NCBI RefSeq assembly: GCF_022045235.1
Contig: NW_027266264.1
Coordinates: forward strand, 67,022,001-67,086,000
Length of the DNA stretch: 64,000 bases
Reading direction: 5' to 3'
Origin: Haliotis cracherodii
Lineage: Eukaryota
In this document: positions 12,701 through 25,967 of the stretch, one piece after another
Layout: each line of letters starts with the position of its first letter
How positions within the stretch are numbered: the first letter of the stretch is position 1
Translations under genes and position numbers: made by a program
The notes under the pieces: generated by a model
The model's database searches: none
What the model was told of the DNA's origin: nothing
The model's input: only the letters and a program-made list of their open reading frames with translations

Positions 12701-15700
12701 CAGCGTGGGACGAGGGCTTCCGTGTTGGTAGGTCGCCAGCGACGCTTCCAAAATTAGCAAAGACCATCTGATAGATGGTCTCAGATAATAAGCAAGTCAT
12801 GACAAATATTTGACCTTTATAGCGTACTTTTGTCTTTTTTCAACTTTGTATTTTTTAACCGAATGGCCGCCGATACGGATCTTCATGCCGCGCACCTACA
12901 AACAGCATGACGCAGCGTGGGATGAGGGCTTCCGTGATGGTAGATCGCCAGCGACGCATCCATAATCAGCAGAGACCATCTAATAGATGGTGTCTGATAA
13001 TAAGCAAGTCATATAAGTCTTGGCAAATATGTTTCGAATCAGATGCATCGATTTTATATACCTGCTATTTGTGCAGGAATACTATCCATGCGTCGTACTA
13101 CACAAGACACGTTGTTTTGCATCATTCATTAATTGGTATGTGGACAATGTAAATGCATTACTGACAGGTAGTGTCAGTTTCGTCTAAATACTAACTCTTT
13201 TCATGCGCTGGCTGGCTGCATTATAATATTTCTTAAACGTTAGAAATTATATCTGTCATGTTCATATACTTGATGTAAATTTCAGAAGAACTAGAGATAG
13301 AGAAAGAATGTTCGGAAAGTGTATATTGTTTTAATGATTTCAATTCCATATCACATATATCCATAGGCAGGCATGTCTTGTTTACTTTTGGATTCCTTCT
13401 TATTAAAGTCACTCGATGTTTTCACTGTTAACTCTAGATTTGATTTTGTTTTTCTAGCCCACAAGATCATTGACGAGAGAATCAGGGAAATCAGGGAGAC
13501 AAAGGAGGAAGGAGAACACGTGGGTTTCATCACCCACTTCCTGAAAGAGGACAGCATGTCGCTTAAGGATGTCTACGCCAACATCTCCGAACTCATGGGG
13601 GCAGCTGTAGACACGGTGAGTGAGTGAGTGAGTGGGCATCTCAGAACCTATGGGATCTCTAGACACAGTGAGTGTCATGAAAACCATGTGAGCTTATGTT
13701 GGGATCTGTTGTTTGTTGTCCGTAATGCGTCGTAAATATCTTCTCGGAAGCCACTTGGTCGATGAAGCTGAACTTTCAAATGCTTGTTCCCACCAATAAT
13801 GACATCCCAGTTTTGTCAAGAGGGTCAAATTTGATTTTTAATACAGCCGCCATATTCAAAACATATATGAATATCAATACTGTTGACATTGACATTGTTG
13901 ACTATGTCTGTGGACTATATATCCAGATGGGTAACAGTTTTCTTGCACTATTTTGGTATGTTCTTCTTTACAGACGTCAAACACCGCTCAGATGTTGTTG
14001 TATGAGTTATCGAGACATCCACACGCACAGGAGGCCATCTTAGAGGAAATCACAAGAGTTGTCCCCCCTGGCGAGCAGCCAACTGCAGATCACCTGAAGG
14101 AGATGCATTACATCAAGGCGGCCATTAAGGAGACGCTCAGGTATGTATCTACACACGCTTGTCATAGATTGCGTATGCAACCCTAGTGTGACTGTTAATA
14201 TGCAGTGATGTGTCATGCTGGGTTGTGTGAATGCCATAACGAGGGTTACATCTATGATTTATACTGTTATGTATGGAATGCTGTAAAAAGGGTATGATTC
14301 CTTTATCGTCTGTCAGTTTTAGTCTAATCCCGAACTCATTTGTCTTGAACATACCCTAGACTAAGGCGAACCTTTTCTTGGAGTATCGCTTGTTGCGGAC
14401 GTTGGCTGGTGTTCAAGCTTTACACAAAGTCCCAGTCCTTTCTGTATGTGTCATTTGACACACTAGGATGTGTCCCACCGCCACCTAACTGTTCTTTGAA
14501 ACCCGCCTTGTTGTCCCCTAGGTTGTACCCGACCGGAAGTGTGGTGATTCGTGTATTGCAACAGGACGCTGTCCTACTCGGCTATCACGTGCCCAAGGAG
14601 GTAAGTGCGACAAACACTGTACGTTCGTTATATCGAAATTATGCTAACACGAATATACTTATTGATCTATATAATTAGCATCTTCCCGAGGCAAAGGATT
14701 TGACTGACTCTAAAAGTCCAGTTACCACCCTTGCCGAACTAGACTGGAATTCTTGGCTCGATCGTATTACGAGTTATGTCCATTCTATGTCCCTCCTATT
14801 GACCAATCAGATTCCACCTCTCATATCACTTGCATTTGCTTCAAACAAATGGCGGCTCCCAGTCAAGACGATCTGGCTGATGATCAATATCTATATTGTA
14901 ATAAAACGGCTCTTACCTCATGAAGTGCTTCAAATCACGTGAGCTCCTAAATCAATAGCATGAAAAGATTTGGAGCATATCTGTCGACGCCCAGTTGACG
15001 GTATACATCCTTTGCAAATCCTGCAGTCGACCGAAATCTGCACGTTGAAATCCATGTTGTTTCCCAACCGAATGTCTATTTCGTTTCGCAATGTTGATTG
15101 GACTAACATAGACTCGTTAGTCCAGCAAAAATATAACTTCATAATTTTATCCAAGTTCGGCAATGGAAACTGGACTTTTACATCGATCGTTGTCCATGTA
15201 ATCAAAGTATACCTTTCGTCTTGCATACAGTAATAGCGTTCTGGACAGTTAAATATACACTTCGATTTGAAGATATTGATTTTGTTAATATTTACAGACT
15301 GTGGTTTGGATTGACCTCTACGGCTTCGGACGTCTACGACGTCACTACGAGGACCCCGACACATTCCGCCCTGAACGCTGGCTCCGAGCTACCAGGACAG
15401 TAAGCCCTCAGCCTTTTTCCTGGCTGCCGTTTGGGTTCGGACCCCGTATGTGTGTCGGTGGGTAGTACTCTTTCTTTCTTAACTAGATCTTTATCAGGTG
15501 TCAATTAAACATGCGTATGGACTTTTCCTTCAGGTATCAGTTTCACATTCTCACCGATTATTTCGGCAGATGTCAGTACCACGTGCACATTGACTATTTG
15601 GGCAGATGTCAATACCACGTGCACATTGACTTTTTGGGCAGATGCCATACCACGTGCACATTGACTATTTGGGCAGATGTCAGTACCACGTGCACATTGC

Positions 15701-16957
15701 CTATTTGGGTACATGTCAGTACCACGTGCGCGTTGACCGTTTTGGTACATATCAGTACCACGTGAACATTGACTATTTGGGCAGGTCTCAGTACCACGTG
15801 CACATTGACTATTTGGGTAGATGTCAGTACAATGTGCACATTGACTATTTGGGTACATGTCAGTACCACGTGCACATTGACTATTTGGGTAGATGTCAGT
15901 ACCACGTGCACATTGACTATTTGGGTACATGTCAGTACCACGTGCACATTGACTATTTGGGTAGATGTCAGTACCACGTGCACATTGACTATTTGGGTAG
16001 ATGTCAGTACCACGTGCACATTGACTATTTGGGCAGATGTCAGTACCACGTGCACATTGACTATTTGGGTACATGTCAGTACCACGTGCACATTGACTAT
16101 TTGGGTACATGTCAGTACCACGTGCACATTGACTATTTGGGCAGATGTCAGTGCCACCTGCACATTGACTTTTTGGGCAGATGTCAGTACCACGTGCACG
16201 TTGACTATTTGGGCAGATGTCAGTACCACGTGCACATTGACTATTTGGGTACATGTCAGTACCACGTGCACATTGACTATTTGGATACATGTCAGTACCA
16301 CGTGCACATTAACTTTTTGGGCAGATGTCAGTACCACGTGCACATTGACTATTTGGGCAGATGTCAGTACCACGTGCACATTGACTATTTGGGCAGATGT
16401 CAGTACCACGTGCGCGTTGACCGTTTTGGTACATATCAGTACCACGTGAACATTGACTATTTGGGCAGGTCTCAGTACCACGTGCACATTGACTTTTTGG
16501 GCAGGCATCAGTTCTACCTGCACATTGACTATTTCAGCAGTTGTTTATTGGCTATTTAGTCAGTAGAGTACAAATAAATAACCTGGTAACTCTATTACAG
16601 GCCGACGAGTGGCAGAGCTCGAGATGCAGCTGTTGATATCCCAGGTGAGTTGGAAGGATCGGCGCCATCAAACCTCAACTGATTTATTTGATAAATGACA
16701 GTTTGTCCTTAGAACCAAGCACAACCATACTTCACCTGTATTAACTCTTCCAGCTGAGATTCACTTTCATGATCACATTAATTTTCCGTCAAATATCTAC
16801 AGGTCTACTGTGACAATCCCTCATTTAGTCATTTTTGTTTCAGCTTGTTCGCAAATTCCAGATAGAGCCTGTATCAATGGAACCAGTCGAAATGAAGACG
16901 GACCTCCTACTATTGGCCAAAGATCCAATCAGAATCCGTCTTCACGAGAGAGACTAG
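9781..16957 (+). CDS. Cytochrome P450, mitochondrial clan (CYP27/CYP24/CYP10-like), copy A; 9 exons: 9781-10184, 11110-11300, 12524-12727, 13458-13615, 13974-14140, 14522-14600, 15298-15457, 16601-16644, 16844-16957 (506 aa)
   Basis: All introns are GT-AG with consistent phases (1521 nt). Arg-rich N-terminal presequence with no TM anchor. Motifs: KPFSALPGPKGLP, GEAWHSLR (C-helix), MGAAVDTT (I-helix), KETLR (ExxR), FRPERW, heme motif FGFGPRMCVG followed by RRVAELE. Confidence 0.93.
11606..11876 (+). mobile_element. Interspersed SINE-like repeat in CYP intron 2 (copies ~27795-28065, ~55000-55270; minus-strand relatives at ~19480-19746 and ~35656-35921)
   Basis: The same ~270-bp sequence occurs in both orientations at unrelated positions (also partially at ~1435-1525) and has an (AACC/AAAC)n tail. 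Confidence 0.7.
15566..16535. repeat. Minisatellite 3, 36-bp unit (GTACCACGTGCACATTGACTATTTGGGCAGATGTCA) in CYP intron 7
   Basis: Tandem 36-bp periodicity. Corresponding arrays at ~31563-32385 and ~58934-59686. Confidence 0.95.
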
Positions 16958-17559
16958 GCTCTTATTCTCCATAGTGCACGTCATACGAACACTTTGCAGT
17001 CTGATGTAAGCACATGCACAGTGTCGCTGTGGACTTTGTTTCAAAAACACGTCACTGAAAAAACACCTATATACGAGATCCAAATTCAGGAGTTATACAT
17101 TTGTTTTGTTTTTGTATTGTTTCTATCGTTGATAACATAGTTGAGTTGCATGTATATTGTGGACAAGTAGCTCTATTTCACTGTAATATCCATTTATACT
17201 TTCTTATACATGTATTTGCCAAGGACCAACATGTTTGTTATAATGGTGCTCAATGCGTAGGTGCACATACGAGGTGTTAACCAAAAGACTCTTCGGGATA
17301 TGACGCAACATGGATCACTGGGTAACATGTAGATGACTTCACGATTTCATTGTTTGTAAATGTATTTCAATGTTGAATTTCATTATAATTTCGTTTTATC
17401 CTTTATATGCATAAATGCTGGAATGACATTCTCATTGAAATTAGCATAAATATTCTGCATGACAAGCATATCTGATCACAATAGATTTTACTTCCTCTGT
17501 CTTACTTTCCTCCAATAAATGCCTACCTCTAACAAAAGCCTGGTATTGGCATTATATAG

Positions 17560-18862
17560 TAAAGTACTGTCGGAAATGCTAGAAAACTGCTTTTTGCCTG
17601 TTAAAAAAGGATATAATTTTTCACAGACTGTTATTGAAATATCGAGTAACTACCGATCGACCTACCTGTGGTTTGAAGTATTTCAGTCACAAGAAGTCCT
17701 ATCGACAAGTTTACAGGAGACAAATTCGAACAGGAATTCATATGGCAATGATGGCAGTGTGAAACGGACAATAGAAATATGCGCACATGACTTCGTTATA
17801 ATGATAATAATGTTGTCTTCATAAAACATCCAATTCACACACAAAAATCATTTTGAGAAAATTCCAGATGTGCATCTTCTAAAATGACGCTGCGTTTGTA
17901 TTGTTAACATTGCTCCCATGACGCACATTACATTACACTTGCATAGCCATAACCGCGGTACACGATATGGAGTCTGTACTGGGAAATGTATATAAGTTCT
18001 TTACACTTTAGAGAGAAGGGGCTTCTTGATGGATGTGCACTAGTTTACGAGGCGAAAAAGAAAACTGGTGATTTTCATAAGGAAATTATAGGAGGTGATG
18101 TGTACATAGACTGGTTTGAACTTCAGCTATTGCCAACTTTAAACAACGTCAGTGTCATTGTCATGGATAACGCCAGTTAATATAACGTCCGGGAATCAGA
18201 CACTGTCGCCCAAACCACGAGAAGACTGAAGGCGACCATACTGGAATGTATGACATTGTCGACTTAAGACAATATGAAACGAATGTTTAACTGATGGAGA
18301 AAATTTGGCTGAATAAGAACCCTGTAAAGAACAGGACATATGTGCTGGCGGCACAACACGGTCACGTTGTCTTACGTACGCCAGTCAGACATTGTGAGCT
18401 CAACCCAACATTCAAAAGTACAGATTCATATACGTCATCAGGTGTAGAACAACAAATACTTCTGGAGTCCGCAACCTTCCATTACAGTTCATGCTACCCC
18501 ATCAACGCACATGTCAATTAAGTACAATAACAACAATATTTTGAGACCACCCCAACTCTGTGACATTTGCACCTGTGAGAATGCACGGGATTGTGTGAGG
18601 TCATCACCTCGGGCCAGGTGTTAGGTAATTGCCTCAGGTTATATGCCATTTTATACATGCATGACACCCGCGAATATTTTCTAAGTTTATCATCATTTTA
18701 CCTGTAAAAGTACATTTTTAGGGTAATCACAGTGTCAGTTAGGACAGGCTAGATTAGGGCAATTCGCGTTATTTTGAAATATGCTCTTATTAAAGTCCTA
18801 TGACTCGTATTTATTAAATGAAGCCAGAAAAGCAGTTTTCTAGCATTTCCGACAGTACCTTA
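17560..18862 (+). mobile_element. Decayed IS630-Tc1-mariner DNA transposon (copy at ~33413-34735; left part at 63425 to ~63880)
   Basis: ~35-bp TIRs (TAAAGTACTGTCGGAAATGCTAGAAAACTGCTTTT / reverse complement). Transposase remnants GDFHKEI..WFELQLLPTL..SVIVMDNAS and HVVLRTPVRHCELNP, broken by stops and frameshifts. Confidence 0.8.
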
Positions 18863-19257
18863 GTGTTTTGTGTATACTATGTTTGACCAGGTGATGAAAA
18901 GGCATGAGGTATCCCTGAAAAGTCGGAACAGACAAAGAAGAAGTCATCCAATCAATGGCTAGAACAGGTATATAGCCTGTGGAAGTGCACATTTCGACTT
19001 TCAATCCAGGCCTGGTGTGCCCAGCTGCGCCTTTTTAAAGACTACTCGTGTTTGTTCCAAAGTTCACGATAACAACTACTGGAGTTACTTTTGTAGCGTT
19101 GCTCCAATGCTGTGCTGTATTAAAAGTCCATGGATGTAAAGCTATTATATCTCTATAATGGCACGCCCAGATAAGCGGTTAGTGCATCTAAGGGCGCCAG
19201 CCTTTTATAACTGATTCGTATTATTTTCTATGATAATCCAGGAATTACTATTTAATT

Positions 19258-21177
19258 CCGGCCGTATCTATTTTGTGTCGATACAAGGCGACGACGACGT
19301 CTACATGTTGCAGACGTCAAACCGTTCTCGCCGCTGCCCGAAATGTTTGCCTGTTGTTGGCACCCTGGTCGACATCATCAAGAATTCCGGCAAGCTGAAT
19401 GGAATGATTCAGAATATCACGAAACGCATGAACATATCTACCGGGAAATGACGGGGAGGATAGATGCCGTGTTTACGACGGTTGTTTGTTTGTTTACTGT
19501 TAAACGCCGCACTCAGCAATATTCCAACTATATGACGGCGGTCTGTAAATAATCGAGTCTGGACCAGACAAGCCAGTGACTGACATCATGAGCATCGATC
19601 CACGCAATTGGGATACGATGACATGCATCAACCAAGTCAGCGGGCTGACCATCCGATCCCGTTAGTCGCCTCTTACGACAAGCATTGTCACCTTTTACGG
19701 CAAGCATGGGTTGCTGGAGAGCTTTCTACCCCGGATCTTCACGGGTCTCTGACGGATGTGGAGGCGGTAGAGCAGCTACAGGATGCGAAGTATGCAGTTC
19801 GGACCCATCTGGGACACTGTATTAAGCACAGGGAGGACAGGGAGTTGCATTAATGCCTTACGTTGTCGTACGTATGTCACATAGAAACATATCTCTAGTC
19901 TCATTGTATGTAATACTATGTTATCCGCACCGCCTCCGTGGTGTTGTGCATAGAGCGTCTGCCCCGAGAGTGGAAGGTCGGCTGTTCGATCCACCAAAAA
20001 GGCCAGCTTGTGTCTGTAAAATAAGTAGGGTTAAGCTGTTAAACTGCGGCACGGTATCCCACTATATATAGCACATGACACTATGAAACCTGAATAAATC
20101 CGAACTAGTACAAGCAGCCACACTCACACTCGCATGCACGTTAAACTGCGGCATGGTATCTCACTACCACACAGCACTATGAAACCGGTAATACGTCCGG
20201 ACTAGAACATGCATGCAGTCACTCTCACATGCGCATGCGTGGCGCTATATAAATAAACAAACCTTTATATTGTCTTACACAAAGTTAAACCTTTACATTG
20301 ACTTACACAAAGTTAAATCTTTATATTGTCTTACACAAAATCAAACCTTTATATTGTCTTACTTCAGGTCAAACCTTTATATTGTTCTCTTTATATTGTC
20401 TATAAGGTTAGAAAGAATGTTGAGCAAACCATAGACCCGGCAGATGTGCCGGCTCGTCACATTTGTTGTTTGTTTGACCCTGTAGGGATTTCTAATGGCG
20501 AGGGTCGCGGTTCATGCTGTCAGTCACTGGTCTGCATGTTCCAACTAGAATATTCACACGATGATGTGACATCACTGGATGTGTGTGTGACTGCGGTGTT
20601 ACGCATTACGGAAATAGTTATATACAAGTCACTCATTTTTGCCTTACAGTATAAATGAAATATTCTAATATTCTATATTATTACTAAAATACTTTAATAG
20701 TACCAACCCAACTACTCTCTCTCTTATATACTAGTATATATACATATATTCTAGTCAGGGGGAAGCTTGACATTCCTTGAGGCGAGTGGTCGACCAGCAT
20801 ATGATGAATATCAAGACAGTCGAGTCCTTCACTTGAGAATTTAACAAGGTTGTTGTAGAGTTCTTTTACCGAGCTTGCAGGATTCGAACCTCGGACAAAG
20901 AGTTGCCTGCATTCAATAAGGAGCTATTCAACTGGTCTCTGGAATGTGAGTATTTGTACAACGTGTTCTGAGTAAGCCTACCATTATCAACAGCTAAGAT
21001 GTGTCAGAAGAGAAGTTAATGAAGGTTTGCATGGCGACGTTTAGGCGAGTGTTTGGGCGCATCGGACACCACTCCCGTCACAGGAGTGACGGCACCCAGG
21101 CTTTCATCCAGAGCTCCCATGACATCGTTGAGACAACAAGGAAAATATTCTTCCTTCCGCTCAAACTGGCCCGGATC
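19258..21177 (+). pseudogene. Truncated CYP pseudogene 1 (partial exon 1, exon 2, 5' part of exon 3)
   Basis: Homologous to CYP exons 1-3. Exon 1 is frameshifted and interrupted by a SINE, exon 2 has in-frame TGA stops, and exon 3 is cut by a MITE. Confidence 0.85.
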
Positions 21178-21553
21178 TATGGGCGGCCATTCTGTCCAAA
21201 AATACAAAGTTGGGTAAAAAAAGGACAACAGTACACAACATAGGTTAAATATTACGAATAAAGAACTAAATGTTACTAATAAAGATCAAAATACAAAACA
21301 AACAGACGCCGGCTATAAAGGAAAGGAAAACGTGTTCGAAAGAACGTCAGTGACATCTGTTCGTAATATTTGACTATTAATATTGTGTACTTTCGACCTT
21401 AATTTCAACTTTGTATTTGTTTAACCGGCGTCTGTTTGTTTTGTATTTTGACCTTTTTAGTAACATTTAGTTCTTTATTCGTAATATTTGACCTTTATAG
21501 CGTACTTTTTTCTTTTTTCAACTTTGTATTTTTTAACCGAATGGCCGCCGATA
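21178..21553. mobile_element. MITE with ~135-bp TIRs and 6-bp TSD CGGATC (TAT..ATA termini; possibly IS3EU-type)
   Basis: Termini TATGGGCGGCCATTC...GAATGGCCGCCGATA, with CGGATC on both sides (21172-21177, 21554-21559). The superfamily assignment is tentative. Confidence 0.8.
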
Positions 21554-22127
21554 CGGATCAGCGTTGATATAGATACCCATGAATAACACATTTAGAGTGT
21601 TGATATAGCTACCCATGAATAACACATTTAGAGTGTTGATATAGCTAACCACGAATAACACATTTAGAGTGTTGATATAGCTAACCACGAATAACACATT
21701 TAGAGCGTTGATACAGCTAACCACGAATAACACATTTAGAGTGTTGATATAGCTAACCACGAATAACACATTTAGAGCGTTGATATAACTACCCATGAAT
21801 AACACATATAGAGTGTTGATATACCGATGAATAACACATATAGAGTGGGGATATAGATACCCATGATGCTGCTATATGTAAACGAAGGGGTTTCAGATGG
21901 TGGAGACCATATCCGTTTGTTGTTCTTCACTTTCCATGACGAGAAATAGAGCCCTGCGAGTTATTTGAATGGTAAAGGCGTAGCTGGCCTTGGAAACCAT
22001 ACGAGGATGTTGAGTAAGACCCATAGGTTCGGTCTGGAAAACATGGATCTCGTGGTACCTAATACTTGAATGATATACGAATGGTAAAAGCTTTTGAGTT
22101 TTGTATTTTATGTCCGTGCGCACGTGA

Positions 22128-23213
22128 TTATGGTGGCTCACCCGGCCAGTGATGTACAACCTACCAAGGCTTATGGTGGCTCAGCCGGCCAGTGATGTAT
22201 AACCTACCATGGCTTATGGTGGCTCGCCCGGCCAGTGAGATGCAACCTACCGCGGCTTATGGTGGCTCGCCCGGCCAGTGATGTACAACCTACCGAGGCT
22301 TATGGTGACTCACCCGGCCAGTGATGTGCAACCTACCGAGGCTTTTGGTGGCTCACCCGGCTAGTGATGTACAACCTACTGTGGCTTATGGTGGCTCGCC
22401 CGGCTAGTGATGTACAACCTACCGAGGCTTATGGTGGCACACCCGGCCAGTGATGTACAACCTACCGAGGCTTATAGTGGCTCAGCCGGCTAGTGATGTT
22501 CAACCTACCGAGGCTTATAGTGGCTCACCCGGCTGGTGATGTGCAACCTACCGTGGCTTATGGTGGCTCGCCCGGCCAGTGATGTACAACCTACCGAGGC
22601 TTATGTTGGCTCACCCGGCCAGTGATGTACAACCTACCGAGGCTTATGGAGGCTCGACCGGTTAGTGATGTACAACCTACCGAGGCTTTTGGTGGCTCAC
22701 CCGGCTAGTGATGTACAACCTACCAAGGCTTATGGTGGTTCAGCGGGCTAGTGATGAACAACCTACCGAGGCTTTTGGTGGCTCAACTGGCCAGTGATGT
22801 ACAACCTACCGAGGCTTATGGTGGCTCAGCCGGCTAGTGATGTACAACCTACCGAGGCTCATAGTGGCTCACCCGGCTGGTGATGTGCAACCTACCGTGG
22901 CTTATGGTTGCTCGCCCGGCCAGTGATGTACAACCTACCAAGGCTTATGGTGGCTCGCCCGGCCAGTGATGTACAACCTACCGAGGCTTATGGTGGCTCA
23001 GCCGGCCAGTGATGTACAACCTACCGAGGCTTATGGTGGCTCGACCGGCCAGTGATGTACAACCTACCGAGGCTTATGGTGGCTCAGCCGGCTAGTGATG
23101 TACAACCTACCGAGGCTTATGGTGGCTCACCCGGCTAGTGATGTACAACCTACCGAGGCTTATGGTGGCTCGACCGGCTAGTGATGTACAACCTACCGAG
23201 GCTTATGGTGGCT
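22128..23213. repeat. Minisatellite 2 (43-bp unit), second array
   Basis: Same unit as 5528-7131. Confidence 0.95.
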
Positions 23214-25967
23214 GTGATGTTTTGTCTGTATGTCCTTTTGTTATACCATGTGCATTTTTACGGGTACCCGAAAAGAAGGTTTTTAGGGATTTTTCATAGT
23301 TGAACGTGCATCTTCCAAACCACCGAGTCGTGTTTCGGCGACTTTCAGCCTAGGAACATTTTGATAACGTTTGTAATTTCAACTCCAATCAGGTGAAGTT
23401 AGGCAGCGTTGTTGGACGGGTTACCGCGTTCGGGCAGTTTGGCTCCTGAGAGTTTCTAGGGCTTCGGTCCTGCCCCACACTGAATCACATGTAACAATGA
23501 TGACTTTCTTCTAAATGCCAGCAGTGAATTGGTACCCGGTAGGATGTGATGGCAGTGTGGTTGTCAACCTTCTAGCGCCTGACAGGCAGCTTGTGTTGTA
23601 TACTCCCTAGGGAGCTGAGAATAATTGATCCAGATAGTGACCGGGGTAATAGCTACGCATTGAGAATGCCCCTGTGTGGTGTGGAAATATGCGCAATGTA
23701 AATGGGCTATAATAATTTTTATTATTGCTCTTGCCCGGTAGTTTATCTTCAACATTCTAACATAGAATCAGTTCCGGAAAAGACAATATTCGTGCAGTTT
23801 GCATTATGTATTGATGTTATAAAAAGGATAACTGTGAACGGGGAATTTAGTTTCCCAGGGAAACCAGCTGGCGGGGATACTGCCCCTGTCCTGACTGATA
23901 ATGTCTCTAACTGACGACAAATGGCCTTGCGAATACTCTGCTATGTGCCAGATGTTCAACAGTCAAAACACCAATGTTCACGATGTTCATTGAGGACAAT
24001 TAGGTCAATATACACAGGTTTATTTATCTATTACCTGCTTATTCCATAAGTTGTTAATTTGATCTTTTATTTCGAGGTATGGAAGAAATAATTAATGTCT
24101 ATGCATATTTATCCCAATGATGTGGTATAAGTAGCACATTTAGAGTGGAAGTAGCAATTTGCACTGACAAATGGTCATTGTCGTAATACACGATGCTATA
24201 TATTTTGAGGCACAGCTCATAATAATGCTGGCTATACATATTTACTAATCTATATCTATTTCCACAGACATTAAGCTGGTATCATCAGCCATGTTAATGT
24301 ATTGTAGAAGGAGGACTTTTTCCGTGAGAATGATCAATGTAGTATTGCTGAATAATGTTTCCAAGAATTGTTGATAATAATAATGACTTGCAAATATTTA
24401 TATTTCCAAGATAAGGTGGGGACACGGGTGACTCAGTCGTCTAAGGCGTCGCGATTTGCTGTGCAGAGTTGCGTCCTTTGGGCACGCCAGAGACCTATGA
24501 TTGTGGGTTCGAATCCCGGTTCGCCCCGATTATGTTTCTAGGTTTGTTAGCACCATACCCGTGCTCGTGGGTTTCACCGAAGTGGTAAACGTCTGAGACC
24601 TGCATCACTTCGGGCTTTCCTACCACATTAAGCTAACACGCCGCGATATAACTGCAATACTGTTAAAAGCGGCGTTAAACCCAACTCACTCACTCACTCC
24701 AAGAGAAGAAGAACTTTACAACCAGCATATATAATGTAGAAATAGGCATTAACATTGAGCAGTGGTGAGTTATAGTACTGTTTTCATGCTGAATACCTAG
24801 ACACAATTGATCATTTGTACAAAAAAAAGTAAACTTAATACAATTTGGATGTACCAATAAGTTATATCAAACTAGAAATGATGTAGTTGTTTAACTTACT
24901 CCTGCTATCCATTATTCAATATAATTATTGTGGGTACATATTAACTGTTGGTGTTATACTGGCATACTGATGCTGATGACAAAATGACATGTATAAAGTG
25001 TATAAATTGTACAAAGTGTCGAGTGAGTTTTCCCTTGTTTTCCGCACCAAAGTGGCAAGTAGGCTAGAGAGATAGACTTGCACAAGTCTCTTAGGCAATA
25101 AATATTAATTAAATCATAATTCCTAGATTATATACATAATAAGAACAAGCTGTCCCTATAAAATACTTTCGTCCTGTCCGCTTATCTAGACTTGCCTCTT
25201 AGAAGGATAGAACTACTATACGCCTATGGACTTATCGTTTAGTACAGCCTTGGAGCAAGACTTACAACAGATTCAGGAGAGGCTTGAGAATGGGAGACGG
25301 GCAACATTAGCAAGCTCGCACTGTGTATATGAGCAATGGTCTCTGGTATAAACAAAAAGGTACCCCCAGCCATCTGCCACCTCACCCTTACCAGCAGATC
25401 CCAAATCTCCTGTCTACTTATCACATACATCTTGAAAAACCAGTGTCAACAACTTGAAGCAAATTCCACCGTTGTCGGTCTTTTTAACCTGCCTTCTTCC
25501 TTCGGTAGTGTAGACTTTTTCTCAATGACGGATAACGTCCGATATCACAAATCATAAAAGATCGGGGGCCTGTTTAACAAAACGCGGTCCTAAATATAGA
25601 GTATTATTTTGACTCTCTGCTATACATTGATAATTAAAGCGCTAAGATCGCTTTGTGGGCCGTGGTTCTCACAGTCTCGCAAGAAGTTCGGACAAAATAA
25701 CTAGACTGGCTTCTACCTGTTGTGTGTGTCTGATAAAGAAAGTAGGTCAGCTACTTGATCGCGTTACCGACCAACTGTCGCTGTCAACCAGTTCATGCCC
25801 TGTGCTATATGAAGAGAAGGAGTCAGCCGAAATACGTTATACTATTTCATCATTCCATTAGCGTTTATATATCACTCTCCGTGCAACACCGACTACTGAT
25901 GATGTAGCTGTCTCTACCGCGACCGCTGCTTGTTTGAGGTCACAAGTGTACACCACACGTAACTGTA

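Noticed and set aside
15505-16559. Long repetitive ORFs on both strands (also 31502-32419, 58873-59712)
   Set aside because: They arise from a 36-bp (multiple of 3) stop-poor minisatellite inside CYP intron 7; there is no evidence of coding function.
9781-16957. Specific CYP family symbol
   Set aside because: The clan is clear from motifs, but family assignment requires a phylogeny that could not be run.
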